Shown here one piece after another: positions 1-11,063 of a stretch of DNA of 20,000 nucleotides. Both the position numbers and the translations under genes were made by a program. Every line of letters begins with the position of its first letter. Positions within the stretch are counted from its first letter, which is position 1. The notes beneath the pieces were generated by a model, which was given only the letters and a program-made list of their open reading frames with translations, was not told the origin of the DNA and searched no databases. Source of the stretch: Chiloscyllium plagiosum (Eukaryota); contig NC_057718.1 in the NCBI RefSeq assembly GCF_004010195.1, forward strand, positions 86,718,186-86,738,185, read 5' to 3'.

Positions 1-322
1 AGCCCGCACAGCTTTGGACTTTGAACTTGCTAAGATGGAACAACAATCCTGTCCAGCTTTCTGGTAACCAGGGTTAGATTGCTATGTAGAAGACTTCACC
101 GGAAAGTGTATAGCATGTACACTCTAGTGTAAACTCTAGTCAACTATGTCCAGTTCCTTTACAATCAACTCCATGGCCAGCTGAACTATGCAATACCTAC
201 TGCTAGGAACTCTAGGAGCCCTTAGGAATTAATGCTTTTTACCTCTTGTTCATGATCTGCATGCAAATAGTCAGACATCACTGCAACAGGTCCCACAAGC
301 ATCATTGCGGTCATTGATATCC

Positions 323-361
323 CAGTGATAGAGTCTGGGATTTTGCCAGACTCTATCACTG
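323..361. repeat. Perfect 16-bp inverted repeat with 7-nt loop
   Basis: cagtgatagagtctgg (323-338), loop gattttg, then ccagactctatcactg (346-361). Confidence 0.95.
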
Positions 362-839
362 CAGACAATGTTGTTTCCAATTAAGTTATGACTTCCTCTA
401 GCAAGCTACAGAATTCACCAACAGCTGATATTGCAATGTGATCTGATATCAAATGTCGGCATTGAATAATTTTAGAGGGTGATCAACAGCAGTCAGAGAG
501 CAAGTATATTGGATTTTAAATAATCAATACACATTCCACTTTGCACATGTCAATCAAGCCCACATTCTCTGACCGGACAATGACAGACAAAATGTATCAC
601 TGGTTGTGGATCTCACCAGCTGCTGACTGTTCTTAAGCAGCTACCAACCTCCAACTGGAATGTCAGAGCAAAGCTAAACAATGAATAAAGTAAAAGCAAC
701 AACAAATGATCAGTTGGAAGGAAACATGGTTTGCAGTTGGAGATTGGGTATGCATCAAACCGTTAAATCATGTCCTCCAATCTGTGTCATCTCCATTAGG
801 AACCAAAAGCTCAAACAGTTGTTCAGTACTATCACTCAT

Positions 840-965
840 TCCTGTTAAAGGGCTTATGCCCCAAACGTCAACTCTCCTGCTCCTCGGATGCTGCCTGACT
901 GGTTGTGCTTTTCCAGCATCACACTTTTGATTCTGATCTCCAGCACCTGCAGTCCTCACTTTCTC
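840..965 (+). mobile_element. Short Penelope-terminus-like unit carrying a degenerate hammerhead motif (copy 1)
   Basis: Core CTGTTAA-A-GGGC-ttat-GCCC-CAAAC-GTC at 842-869. Homologous to 5160-5291 and 6215-6343. Degenerate TSD ctatcactcat (829-839) / ctaccacttat (966-976). Confidence 0.8.
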
Positions 966-1249
966 CTACCACTTATCTGTTGGGTGACAGTACAAAGTGG
1001 AATATGAGCTGCTTGATAGCAAGCCGACCAAGGTATTTCAGGGATAATGATTGTCAGAGTCCATTTCTTTTTACTCAGTGAGTGACACTGATGATAATCA
1101 CCCGTCTCATCTCAACTGGTGACACAGAACCAAAACCTCAAAGCCATAGATCTCAGTGCTGTCATCAACAACCTTCATATCTCAGATACTGTTCATATGA
1201 GTGTTGGGTAGAAGTAACAAAAGTAGGAGGAGAAGGAATACTGTCATGT

Positions 1250-1549
1250 CAAGAGTGAATGACAGACTTATATTCCATGGAAACACTGACAGTCCCACAG
1301 GCTGTGAGATTCTGAGAGCCTTTTCAGCCATCAGTGTACCCAGATCTGACTATACAGCATTCTGAGTCTACCACCAACAAGATGCCTCAGTCCACCACTG
1401 AGTAAGTTCTCTAATGGAACCGGGGACATTGACACCAGACATAGCATTAAGAGACTTGAGCTTACAAATCTCAAGGAGTTTGCAGCCCTTGAGACAATGA
1501 GGTCCAAGCACAAAGCTCTGTACCAAGTGGTGCCAGACTCCTTCATGCT
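1250..1549 (-). pseudogene. Putative distal fragment of the decayed Myb/SANT-like (Harbinger-type) gene
   Basis: The minus strand reads SMKESGTT/LVQSFV/LDLIVSRAANS and appears continuous with 4599-4640 across the CR1 insertion. The assignment rests on recalled similarity to shark Myb-like repeat proteins. Confidence 0.4.
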
Positions 1550-4500
1550 ACCAGTGTCACGGCCTAGTGAGAGTAGGAATAGGAGGATAGAGCAGATGAA
1601 TGCGTGGCTGAGGAGTTGGTACAGGGAGAAGGATTCACAGTTTTGGATCATTGGGATCTCTTCAGGGGTAGAAATGACCTTTTTTAGAGGGATAGATTCC
1701 ATCTCAATTGAAATGGGTCCAATATCCTTGCGGGGGAATTTGCTATTGCTTTTCAGGCATCTTCAAATTATTAAGGGAGGGGGATGGGAACCAAAGTGAT
1801 AGTGAGAAAAGAGAAACGGCTGAGGCTAGTACAGTCAATAAGGGGAGCAAGTCAAATAGTCAAGGCAAGCAAGAGCTTGGCAGAGAACAAGATAAGACTG
1901 ATAAATTGTATTTACTTTAGTTTATTTCAACTACTTACAAGAGGCCTGACAGGTAAGGCAGATGAACTCAGGTCATGGTTGGAAACATGGGACTGGGATA
2001 TCATAGCCATCACAGAAACATGGCTCAGGGCAGAACTGGGATACTTTCATGTTCTGGGGCATAGATGCTATAAGAAGGTTAAAAAGTGGGGCAAGAGAGA
2101 AGGGGGAGTCAAGTCATGTTTTTATTTAGGAGGAACATTACAGCTGAACTTAGGGAGGATATTCTTGGGATATCATCCAGTGAACTTATATGGATGGAAC
2201 TTAAAATAAGAAAGAGATTATCATCTTTTTGGGATTGTATTATGGGCCCCCAATAGTCAGTGGAAAATTGAGAAGCAAACATGTATGAAGATCTCAGATA
2301 CCTGTAAGAATAATAGGGTTTGTATTGGTAGGGGATTTTAACTTTACAAGCATAGTCATAGTGTTAAGGGCTTGGATGGGGAGGAAATTGTAAAGTGTGT
2401 ATAAGAAAACTTTCTTATTCAATTTGTAGATGTACCAGCTAGAGAAGGAGAAATACTTGACCTTCTTTTGGGAAATAAGGCAGGGCAAGTGGCTGAGGTA
2501 TCAATGGGGGAGCACTTTGGGACAAGTGATCATACTTCTACTACTTTTACAATTGTTATGGAAAAGAATAGAACTGATCAAAAAGTTAAAGTTCAAAATT
2601 GGAATAAGGCCAATTCTGACGGTATTTGACAGGAATTTTCAAAAATTGATTTGGGGAGGCTATTCGCACGTAAAGGGATGGTTGGGAAGTGTGATGGCTT
2701 TAAGGATGAGGTAATAAGAGTTCAGAGACAGGGCAAAGAAGGAGGCATATATCAGGTATAGACAGCTGGGATCAAGTGAACCCCTAGAAGAGTGTAAGGG
2801 CAGTAGGCGTTCCTAAGAGGGAAATAAGGGGGACAAAAAAGGGACATGAGATATCTTTGGCAAATAGATCTAAGGAGAATCAAAGAGATTCTATAAATAA
2901 TTTAGGGAAAAAGAGTAACCAGGGAGCAAATAGGGCCCTTAAAGATAGGCTCATGTATGGAACCACAGGAGATGAGTGAAAGACTAAATGAACATTTTGC
3001 TCCAGCATTTACTGCGGAGAAGAACTTGAAAGTAGGGAACTTGGGAAAATAAATATTAATGTCTTGAAAAGAGTTCATATTTACTAAAGAACAGGTACTG
3101 GAGGTCTTAAACGCATAAAGGCGGGTAAATTCTCAGGACCTGATCAGGCATTTCCCAAAACTTTGTGGGATGTTAGGGAAGAGATTATTGAGCCCCCTAC
3201 TGAGAAATTAGTAATATCGACAGCCATGGGTGAGGAGCCACAAGTCTGGAGGTTAGCTAACATGTTGCCATTATTTAAGAAAGGCTGTAAGGAAAAGCCA
3301 GGAAACAATAGACCGATGAGCCTTATTTCAGTGGTGGGTAAGTTGTTGGAGAGGATTCTGAGGTACAGGATTTACATGCATTTGGAAAGACAAGGTCAAA
3401 TTAAGGATAGCCAGTATGGCTTTGTGCATGGGAAACTGTGTCACACTAATTTGACTGAGTTTTTTGAAGAGGTGACAAGGAAGATTGATGAAGGCAGAGT
3501 GGGGGATGTTACTTATACTGACTTCAGCAAAGCGTTCAACAAGATTCTGCATGGTAGACTGAATAGTAAGGTCAGATCATATGGAATCTGGGGGAGCTAG
3601 CCAATTGTATACAAAATTGGCTTGAAGTAGAAGACAGAGTGGTGGTGTAGGATTATCTTTTGGACCAGATGCCTGTGACCAGTGGTGCGCCACATTGATC
3701 AATAGTGGGTCGACTGCTTTTCTTCATTTATATGAATGATTTGGATGTAGGAGGTATACTAAGTAAGTTTACAAATTACACCAAAATATGTGATGTACTG
3801 GATAGGGAAGGAGACTATGTCAGAGTACAACGGGACCTTGATCAGATGGGCCAATGGGCTGAGGAGTGGCAGATGGAGTTTAATTTAAATAAATGTGAGG
3901 TGTTGCATTTTGACAAGGTAAACCAGAGTTGGACTTCTACAGTTAATAGTAGGGCCCTGAGGACTGTTGCCAAACAAAGAAATCAAAGATTGCAGGTTCA
4001 TCATTCTTGAAAGTGGAGTCACAGGTAGACATGTTGGTGAAGAAAGCATTTGGCTTGCTTGCCTTCATTGATCATAACATTGAGTATAGGAATTGGGAGG
4101 TCATATTGCAACTGTACAGGACATTGGTCAGGCCACTTTTGGAATACAGCTTTCAATTCTGGTCGCCCTTCTGTAGAAAGGATGTTGTTAAAATCTGACA
4201 GGTGCAGAAAAGATTTGCAAGCATGTTGCTGGGACTAGATGCTTTGAGCTATAGGGAATAGACCGTGCCTTTTTTCCCTGGACCATCAGATACCGAGGGC
4301 TAACTTATTAGATGTTTATACAATCATGAGTAGCATGAATGAGGTGAATAGCCAAAATCTTTTCCCCAGGGTAGGTGAGTCCAAAGCTAGAGGAAACAGG
4401 TTTAAGGTGAGAGGGGTAAGATTTTAAAAGGACCTGAGGGGCACCTTTTACATTCAGCTAACTGGATAGGTGAATGCACGGGAAGGGCTGAGAGAAATAT

Positions 4501-4598
4501 GTGCCAAATGCTAGCAAACAGGACTAGGTCAGTTCGGGATGTCTGCTCTGCGCAGATAAGTTGGATTGAAGGGTCTGATATATCACTCTGTGACTCCC
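1546..4598 (+). mobile_element. 5'-truncated, degenerate CR1 LINE (ORF1 esterase C-terminus, ORF2 AP-endonuclease plus RT, 3' tail)
   Basis: ORF1 end RNRRIEQMNAWLRSW; endonuclease WDWDIIAITETWL; RT motifs WRLANMLPLFKKG..PGNNRPMSLISVVGKLLE, YTDFSKAFNK, FFIYMNDLD, WQMEFNLNKCEVLHF, LYRTLVRPLLEYSFQFWSP; 3' tail gaagggtctg...tgtgactc. Many stops and frameshifts. Confidence 0.95.
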
Positions 4599-4733
4599 TG
4601 CTCCTTGACGAGTAACAGCCGGTCTGACAATGCACCAAGTAGGAACAAATTACTGCAGATGTTGGAGTCTGCACTGAAAAGAAAAAGTGCTGGAGATCAC
4701 AGTGGGTGAGAGAGCATCTGTGGAGAGAGAGCA

Positions 4734-4770
4734 AGCTAATGTTTTGAGTAGATAACTCTTCATCAGAGCT
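4734..4770 (-). ncRNA. Minimal hammerhead ribozyme motif in the Penelope 3' terminus (copy 2, mutated)
   Basis: The minus strand reads agct-CTGATGA-A-GAGT-tatct-ACTC-AAAAC-ATT-agct. Helix I is agct/agct and helix II is GAGT/ACTC. The expected GAAACGTT is altered by two CpG-type G>A changes. Confidence 0.75.
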
Positions 4771-5085
4771 GACATGAAGTTTGGAGGGACAGCATTTATG
4801 CAGTCATGTGGGGATGGAGTGCTGGGGGAGAAAAGGTATTGATAGAGCAGATTAAGTGATCAAATTATGAGAATGGCAGAACAATGGTGTTTCTAACTGT
4901 CAGACTGGAAAGAACAGACAGTCCCACTGGAGTGCAGAGAGGGGAGAGAGGACATGGTGATAGAGAATATAGCAAGTAAAGCTAAAAGAAGGGGAAGGAA
5001 TGGAAATGTGTTCGCAATCTAAAAGTGTTGAAATCAGTATTAAGCCCAGAAGGCCGTAAAGTGCCTCGTCTGAAGATGAGATGTT

Positions 5086-5433
5086 AGAGTCATAGAGTTG
5101 TAGAGATGTACAGCACAGAAATAGACCCTTCGTTTCATCCTGTACACGCCGAACAGATACGAAAGATCTTGAAGAAGGCTTATGTCCGAAATGTCGATTC
5201 TCCTGTTCCCTGGATGCTGCCTGACCTGCTGCGCTGTTCCAGCAACACATTTTCAGCTCTGATCTCCAGTATCTGCAGACCTCACTTTCTCCATGCCAAC
5301 CAGATATCCCAACTTAATCTAGTCCCACTTGCCAGCACCCAGCCCATATCTCTCCAAGCCCTTCCTGTTCATATACTCACCCAGATGCCTTTTAAATGTT
5401 GCAGTTGTACCAGCCTCCACCACTTCCTCTGGC
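5086..5433 (-). mobile_element. CR1 3'-end fragment inserted in the Penelope ORF
   Basis: Minus-strand peptide PEEVVEAGTTATFKRHLGEYMNRKGLERYG and tail ctctatgactct. Homologous to 18658-19026. Flanked by tgtt at 5082-5085 and 5434-5437. Confidence 0.9.
5160..5291 (+). mobile_element. Short hammerhead-bearing unit (copy 3) nested in the CR1 fragment
   Basis: Core TTGAAGA-A-GGC-ttat-GTCC-GAAAT-GTC at 5169-5195. TSD cacgccgaacagata (5145-5159) / catgccaaccagata (5292-5306), 12/15 identical. Confidence 0.85.
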
Positions 5434-6214
5434 TGTTGTTCCTCCAGTTTGCACTGTGATTCTTTGGAGCACCACAGCATGCCAAGTACAGACACATGGG
5501 TCGGCGAGCAGGACGCTGTGTTAAAATGACTGACTACAGGAAGGTCGGCGTCATGCTTGCACATGGACCGGAAGTGTTCTGAAAAGTGGTCACCCAGTCT
5601 GCTTTTGGTTTGCCCAATGTAAAGTTGATCACATTGGATGCAGCGAATACGATACACAAGATTGGAGGTGGTACGGTGAAATGCTGCTTCACCTGGAAAG
5701 ACGATTTAGGGTCTAGGGTGGTGAGTAAGGAGGAGTTGAAGAAGAAGGTGTTGTGCCTTCTGAGGTTACAGGGGAAGGTACCATGGGAAGAGGGAGGTGG
5801 CGTTAGTAGTCAAGGAATGGACTAGGGTGTCCAGGAGGGAGTGGTCCCTTCCAAATGTAGACAGTGCGAGTGAGGGGAAGAATGTGTTTGGTGGTGACGT
5901 TTTGTTGGAGTTGTCTGAAATGGCAGAGAATGGTCCTTTGAAGTGGAGGCTGGTGGGACGAAAAGTGAGGACAAGGGGAACCTGAACTGTTATGAGTGAT
6001 GGGAAGGGGCAAGGGTGGAAACACAGGTCATAGGTCAGATGTGGTTGGGAGCCCTGTCAACTACAATAGGCCACCACCCTTCTTTTCTCTAAACTGCTCC
6101 ATCAAATGCCTGGGGCATATACAGCCCTGTTCTCTGGGGCAGCTGCAACCTCCCCTATCCCTTCCTTCTCTCTTGGCTAGAGGCCAGTTGTGTCTGGTGT
6201 CCCACTATATGGTA

Positions 6215-6343
6215 AAAACAAGGACTGCAGATGCTGGAAACGAGAGTCTAGATTAGAGTAGTGCTGGAAAAGCTCAGCAGGTCAGGCAGCATCCGAGGAG
6301 CAGGAAAATCGACATTTTGGGCAAAAGCCCTTCATCAGGAACT
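6215..6343 (-). mobile_element. Short hammerhead-bearing unit (copy 4)
   Basis: Minus-strand core CTGATGA-A-GGGC-tttt-GCCC-AAAAT-GTC at 6338-6311. Perfect 11-bp TSD actatatggta at 6204-6214 and 6344-6354. Confidence 0.9.
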
Positions 6344-7002
6344 ACTATATGGTAGACCCTATAAGTAAGCCACCTTCTGAAATATGTACAATGTCAATTT
6401 CTGAACTGAGTAACAGCGAGTGAGAGGTCTAGGGGCTAATGATGTTTCTTCACCATCAACCTCTCTCTTTTCCTACTTTTCAACTCCGTGCCACTGCTTG
6501 TAATGATCACAGCACATTGGCACCTGAAAGGAGAATGTTGTGAGGCTGGATGGAGGGAAGAAACAGATGCAGCCTTGAATTTTCTTCAACTTGTAAATCA
6601 GCAAGGGATAGTGGGATGAGATTAGGGCATTCTTTATCTTCAACGACTTGAGTTGTAGCCAGAGGCTCAGTATGACGAGTTCAGTAATGGTGAGCGCCAA
6701 GATAAGGATGTGCTGTTTATCTATCGGTCTCACTCATTCAGTGTAGCTAGCTTCAGTCGCCTGCTACCCTGTTGTAATTGTATGACTGAGGATGTGAGCT
6801 ATGCGTGTGAGAATTGTAGCAGTGTCCAATGTATGAACATGAGGTGATTATTAGGCATGCATTGGTGGGGATTGTTGGAAGGCTAATGAAAGGAGGTGAA
6901 TTGAGCAGTGCTTAGGCTAGTGGTTCTGTTGTAAGGATGTGTCCTTTGAAGATTAATTCACTCTGAACGCCTGTGTAAAAGTCGCTGACAGTGATCAAAA
7001 TG

Positions 7003-7333
7003 TAAGAACAGAAGAAATATTAGCCAGAGCAGGCCATCTGGCTGGTCAAATCTGCTCTGCCATTCAATAAGATCATGGCTTATCTTTTCGTGGCCTTGAC
7101 TCCACTGACTCTTAGCTCATTTACTGTTCAAAAATCTATCCACTTTACATTCCATGCGGTAGTCTCAACTTCTTCACTGGGCAGGAAATTCGACAGATTA
7201 ATAACCCTTTGGGTGAAGATGTTCTTCTCAACTCAGTCTGAAATCTGCTTCTCCTTACTTTGAGGCTATGCCCCCGCACCCCCCCAGTTCTAGAATCGCC
7301 CACCAGTGGAAACAACATGCTCACTTCTATCTT
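7003..7333 (-). mobile_element. CR1 (HER1-like) LINE 3'-end fragment
   Basis: Minus-strand peptide MLFPLVGDSRTG..GHSLKVRRSRFQTELRR, typical of the CR1 ORF2 C-terminus, followed by a 3' UTR ending in a ttcttctgttctta tail. Confidence 0.85.
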
Positions 7334-7490
7334 AAATCTGATGGCTATCTGGTCCCGGTACCTCCTCATTGTATGGCTGGAGGGTCTCCTGATTCCCTGT
7401 GGACAGATAACCTTTCTCCCCCCCGTGCAGGTCAGGCACCAAGAGCTCTAGTGATTCATCACAGCACTTTGGAGCCATGTTCACTCTGCC
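7334..7490 (-). pseudogene. Decayed Myb/SANT-like DNA-binding domain (Harbinger ORF2/MSANTD-like), N-terminal part
   Basis: With one frameshift in the G-run, the minus strand reads MAPKCCDESLELLVPDLHG/RKVICPQGIRRPSSHTMRRYRDQIAIRF, resembling the R.P.FS...LE.LV..V..R...LF......W..IA pattern. Confidence 0.55.
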
Positions 7491-7743
7491 CCTCACGTCA
7501 GGTACTCTTAATTTGTTCCAGACAGAATGCACCTCTCCTTTGAGAAGTGCAAACTGAATTTAAGTAGCATTAATTTAAATGGTGCCAATCTTGTACAAAC
7601 TCAGACCTCTGCTGAGGTGTATGACCACTCAATGGTATACTACCATTATTTAAGTGAACAGGCAGCATGAAGTTTGTGCGATGCTTAATGAGCCCATATG
7701 GGTTAATACGTGCCATGATTCCTTTGTCTACTTTGGGGAACTA

Positions 7744-7950
7744 TCACAGAATCCTGACAGTGTGGAATTAGGCCATTCAGCTCACCTCCAAAGGGGAGCA
7801 TCCCACCCAGACCAGAGCACCAGGAAGAAACCCACGCAGACACAGGGAGAATGCGCAAACTCCACAAAGACAGGCACCCGAGGCTGGAATCGAACTCAGG
7901 TCTCTGCCACTGTGAGGCAGCAGTGTTAACCACTGAGCTACCATGTTGCC
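7744..7950 (-). mobile_element. tRNA-derived V-SINE (HE1-like), internally deleted
   Basis: The minus strand has A box TAGCTCAGTGG, B box GAGTTCGATTC, V-domain-like tgtggagtttgcgcattctccctgtgtctgcgtgggttt, and a CR1-like tail. Confidence 0.88.
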
Positions 7951-8518
7951 TCATCACATTTTGGCCCCACAGTCATTCTTCAGCTACCAGATATGACCTA
8001 CCTTCTAATATAAAGTCTTTGTTCTCAAAGGTGTTCTTGCCTCCATTTCTAATGTGGGCGAATTTTGACAGCTGTGCCCGAGCTATTTAATTGTTTTTCT
8101 TACATTCTAAATAGTTCCAAATCTCTCCAGTGTTGTTGGCTGTAAAATAGGTGGGTTTGATTTGCTTTGTACAGAGAACCTGCAGTACATTCATTAACTT
8201 GTACCAGGCACTCATTTATTCCCAGGTGGATTTATATAAAAGATGAAAAATGTGAATCCAGTTTTCTGAAAATTAGTGGCCTATTTCTATATATCATTGC
8301 TGGAATGTTGGTCAAGGATAGATACTGAACGGATCCCTCTTCTCATCTTTCAAGAAAAAAATCAGAGACTAGTTCACATATTGCTGCAGTTGTGTGTGAG
8401 ATTTCGAAAAATGTACTCTTGTGTTGAGTTAATGTTGACACTATAATCCTGTTAATAGTCCAAACGTATAGCCATATGTGTCAACTTTTGTGTCAAATGC
8501 TTCTCGGCTCAATCAGCC

Positions 8519-9672
8519 CTTGACATCAAGGCTGTATTCGACCAAGTGTGGCATCAAGGAACCCCAGCATAAGTGGAATCAGTGAGTATTGGGGGCAAAT
8601 CTTCCACTAGTCGGTTTCATACCTGGCACATAGGAAGATGATTGTGGTTGTTGGAGGTTGGTCATCTCAGTTTCAGGACATCTCCACAGGAGATCCTAAG
8701 GGCAGTGCCCCAGGCCCAACCATCTTCAGCTGCTTCATCAATGACCTTCACTTCATCATCAGGTCAGAAGTGAGGATGTTCGCCAATGATTGCACAATGT
8801 TCAGCACCATTCGTGACTCCTCAGATACTGAAACAGTCTATGTTCGAATGCAACATGATCTGGACAATATCCAGGGTTGGGCTGACAAGTGGCAAGTAAA
8901 ATTCACACCACATAAATGCCAGACAATGATCATCCCCATTAAGAGACAATCTAACTACTGCCCATTGATATTCAATGGTGCTACCATCACTGAATCTCTC
9001 ACTATCAACATCCTGGGGGTTACCATTGACCAGAAACTCAATTAGATTCACCACATAAACATAGTGGCTACAAGAGCAGGTCAGTGGCTAGGAATATATG
9101 GCAAGTAACTCACTCCTAAATCCCTAAAGCCTACCCATCATCTACAAGGCACAGGTCAGGAGTGTTGTGGAGTATTATCCACTGGATTGGTGCAGCTCCA
9201 ACAACACTGAAGAAGCTTGACACCATCCGGGACAAAGCAGCCTGCTTGATTGGCATTATGTCCACAACATATATAGAAATAGTCCCTCCATCACCAATGC
9301 CCAGTAACTGCAGTGTGTACTATGTCCAAAATGAACTGCAGAAATTTGTCAAAGATGCTCACACAGCACCTTCCAAACCCATGATCTTTTCCATCTCGAA
9401 GGACAAGGGCATGGGAACATCACAACTGGCAAGGGCACCTCCACGCTGCTCACCAGCCTGACTTGGAAATATTATCGCCGTCGCTTCACTGTTGCTAGGT
9501 CAAAATCCTGGAATTCCTTCCGTAATGGCATTGTGGGTCAACCCACGGGAGGTGACTGCAGCAGTTCATGAAGGCAGCTCACCACCACCTCCTCAAGGGC
9601 AATTGTGGACAGACAATAAATGCTGGCCCAGCCAGCAGTGCTCACATCCCACAAATGAATTTTTTTTTAAAA
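8519..9672 (+). mobile_element. 5'-truncated non-LTR retrotransposon (CR1/L2 group, distinct family), RT C-terminal half and 3' tail
   Basis: LDIKAVFDQVWHQG; G.PKGSAPGPTIFSCFINDL; MFANDCT; WADKWQVKFTPHKCQ; ILGVTIDQKLN. Tail caagggcaatt...caataaatgctggc...cacatcccacaaatgaa followed by a T/A run. Confidence 0.9.
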
Positions 9673-9677
9673 TCCCC

Positions 9678-9816
9678 CCCCAGACGTTTGAGCACAAGAT
9701 TTAAGCTGGCACGCTAGCGCAGTACTGAGGGGCTGCATGTCAAATTGCTTAATTGGTTGTTCAGCACTTTGAAACATCTTCAAGTCATGAAGGTGCTATA
9801 TAAATGCAAGTCATTC
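9678..9816 (+). mobile_element. Degenerate, internally deleted DeuSINE (SacSINE1-like) fragment
   Basis: gcagtactgaggg body segment and tail cagcactttgaaacatc...gaaggtgctatataaatgcaagtc. The family match is from recall. Confidence 0.55.
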
Positions 9817-10134
9817 TTACAATAATATTACAGCAGCAGCAGTAGGAGCTTGATGGTACATAGGGATTCTTGAAGTATTATCAACTGGAGTCTTTATTCT
9901 TCTACAGCAGGGTTAGAAATTAAATGTTTACATGCATTGAATATTTCCAGAGTAATACCAGAATTGCCCTGCTGAATTTCCCTACAATCCTGCATTTTCT
10001 TCAGATATTTCACAATTAATATTTCCTTAAAATATGCAGGAGGCACTGTCTTGCCTGTTCTCCCCAGACCTGCAGCATCAACCTGTTTTTCCAAGCCTTT
10101 ATGTACACATCCACTAGAAGCAAATGCACACATG

Positions 10135-10403
10135 ACTTGCTACATCCTTTGTTGCCCTGGCAACTGAGTGACTTGAGAGTCAACCAGATAAGTGTGGGCT
10201 TCGAGTCATCGAGAGGCCAAACTGAGCAGGGGTAGCAGGACATTAAATGAACTAGTTGGTTTATTACAGCAATGTGGCATATTGTGGTTTTTCTGGGTGC
10301 GAGCACAAAAGAATTATTGGATTCAGAATACAAAAGTTGCCGTGACAGGGGGTCAACTTCAAGTTCGTCAGTCTAGTATCAGAACTATCAGGCACAATGC
10401 CCC
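10135..10403 (-). mobile_element. Old tRNA-derived SINE, strongly degenerate
   Basis: Blocks agagtcaacca..tgtggg..gagtca and ggacattaaatgaactag resemble a common shark SINE. The tail (minus strand agggcaac..ggatg) resembles the LINE tail at ~9595-9620. Confidence 0.5.
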
Positions 10404-10664
10404 AAAAGCCACTGGCTTTTTAAAAATAGACAGTCAATGTCCCAGTCATTTTACAGTTTTCCTCAGTCTTTCGTCCATTCACTTAAGTCCTTTCTGAACA
10501 TGCATTGTCAATTTTTGTCCTTTACTTCATAATCCAAACACAGGAGTCACACAGCCTGAGATATGTAAATCTGCTAATGGAGATTTGATGTAGCCAGTTC
10601 TGCAAAATGTTCAGAATTTAAGCTATGCCTTGAACACACTGCGCTTTTGTATAATTGGAATGGA

Positions 10665-10782
10665 AGAGTTGCATCACCTCATGCCTTTGACAACGTCAAA
10701 ATGTCCCAAAGCACTTTAGGACCAATTAAATATTTCCTTTTTTAATGTGGTCGTTGTTGTAATGTAGGAAAAACAGCAGACA
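10665..10782 (-). mobile_element. DeuSINE (SacSINE1-like) 3' fragment
   Basis: gcctttgacaacgtcaaaatgtcccaaagcacttta..ccaat..gttgtaatgtaggaaa, similar in reverse complement to the tail at 9755-9816. Confidence 0.55.
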
Positions 10783-11063
10783 TAGGTCACAGTCTAACGA
10801 TACAAGGTAGGCTATAAGACTGAGATGAGGAGAGATTTGTTCAATCAGACCATGGTGAGCCTGTGGAATTCTCTGCCACAGAAAGTGGTTGGAACCAAAA
10901 CATTGAATGTTTTCAAGGAGGTAAATAGAGTTCTTAGGGCTAAAGGAAACAAAGGAGTCGGGGCGAAAGAGAGAATACGATACTGAGTTGAATGAGCAGC
11001 CACGATTATATTGAATGCAAAGCAGGCTCAGAGGGCTGAATGGCCTCATTCTGCTTCTATTTC
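10783..11063 (+). mobile_element. CR1 LINE 3'-end fragment
   Basis: GHSL.I.G...KTEMRRDLFNQTMVSLWNSLPQKVV..KTLNVFKE, then tail gggctgaatggcct..tctgcttctattt. Confidence 0.88.

Larger units (their letters stand above)
40..1030 (+). mobile_element. Decayed Gypsy/Ty3 LTR retrotransposon integrase remnant
   Basis: Manual translation across stops and frameshifts gives FW*PGLDCYVEDFTGKCIAC (zinc-binding region, from ~59), PVPLQSTPWP, LVHDLH, LPDSITADN (core, ~343-369) and FAVGDWVCIK (ORF 706-930). TTYLLGDSTKWN follows after the 840-965 insertion. Confidence 0.75.
4641..6066 (-). mobile_element. 5'-truncated Penelope-like element (GIY-YIG endonuclease plus 3' terminus), interrupted at 5086-5433
   Basis: ORF 5319-5657 begins YRIRCIQCDQLYIGQTKSRLGDHFSEHFRS...LPVVSHFN (GIY-YIG). 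After the insert the frame resumes QHLIFRRGTLRPSGLNTDFNTF (5085 to ~5020). Upstream linker ILCHFRQLQQNVTTKHI. Hammerhead motif near the 3' end. Confidence 0.92.

Noticed and set aside
323..361. Resemblance of cagtgatagag / ctctatcactg to the tet operator
   Set aside because: The arrangement is not that of tetO, one arm is native integrase coding sequence, and there is no vector context.
5319..5657. Novel GIY-YIG fusion protein
   Set aside because: A chance in-frame junction between Penelope and CR1 fragments, with no evidence of expression.
7145..7369. 74-aa ORF as a gene
   Set aside because: A chimera of the Myb-like relic and a CR1 C-terminus.
7880..7950. tRNA gene (also 11320-11388)
   Set aside because: The A/B boxes belong to SINE heads followed by SINE body and tail, and there is no complete cloverleaf.
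9894..10333. Minus-strand ORFs as host exons
   Set aside because: No recognisable domain, no convincing splice-site pair, and partial overlap with a SINE.
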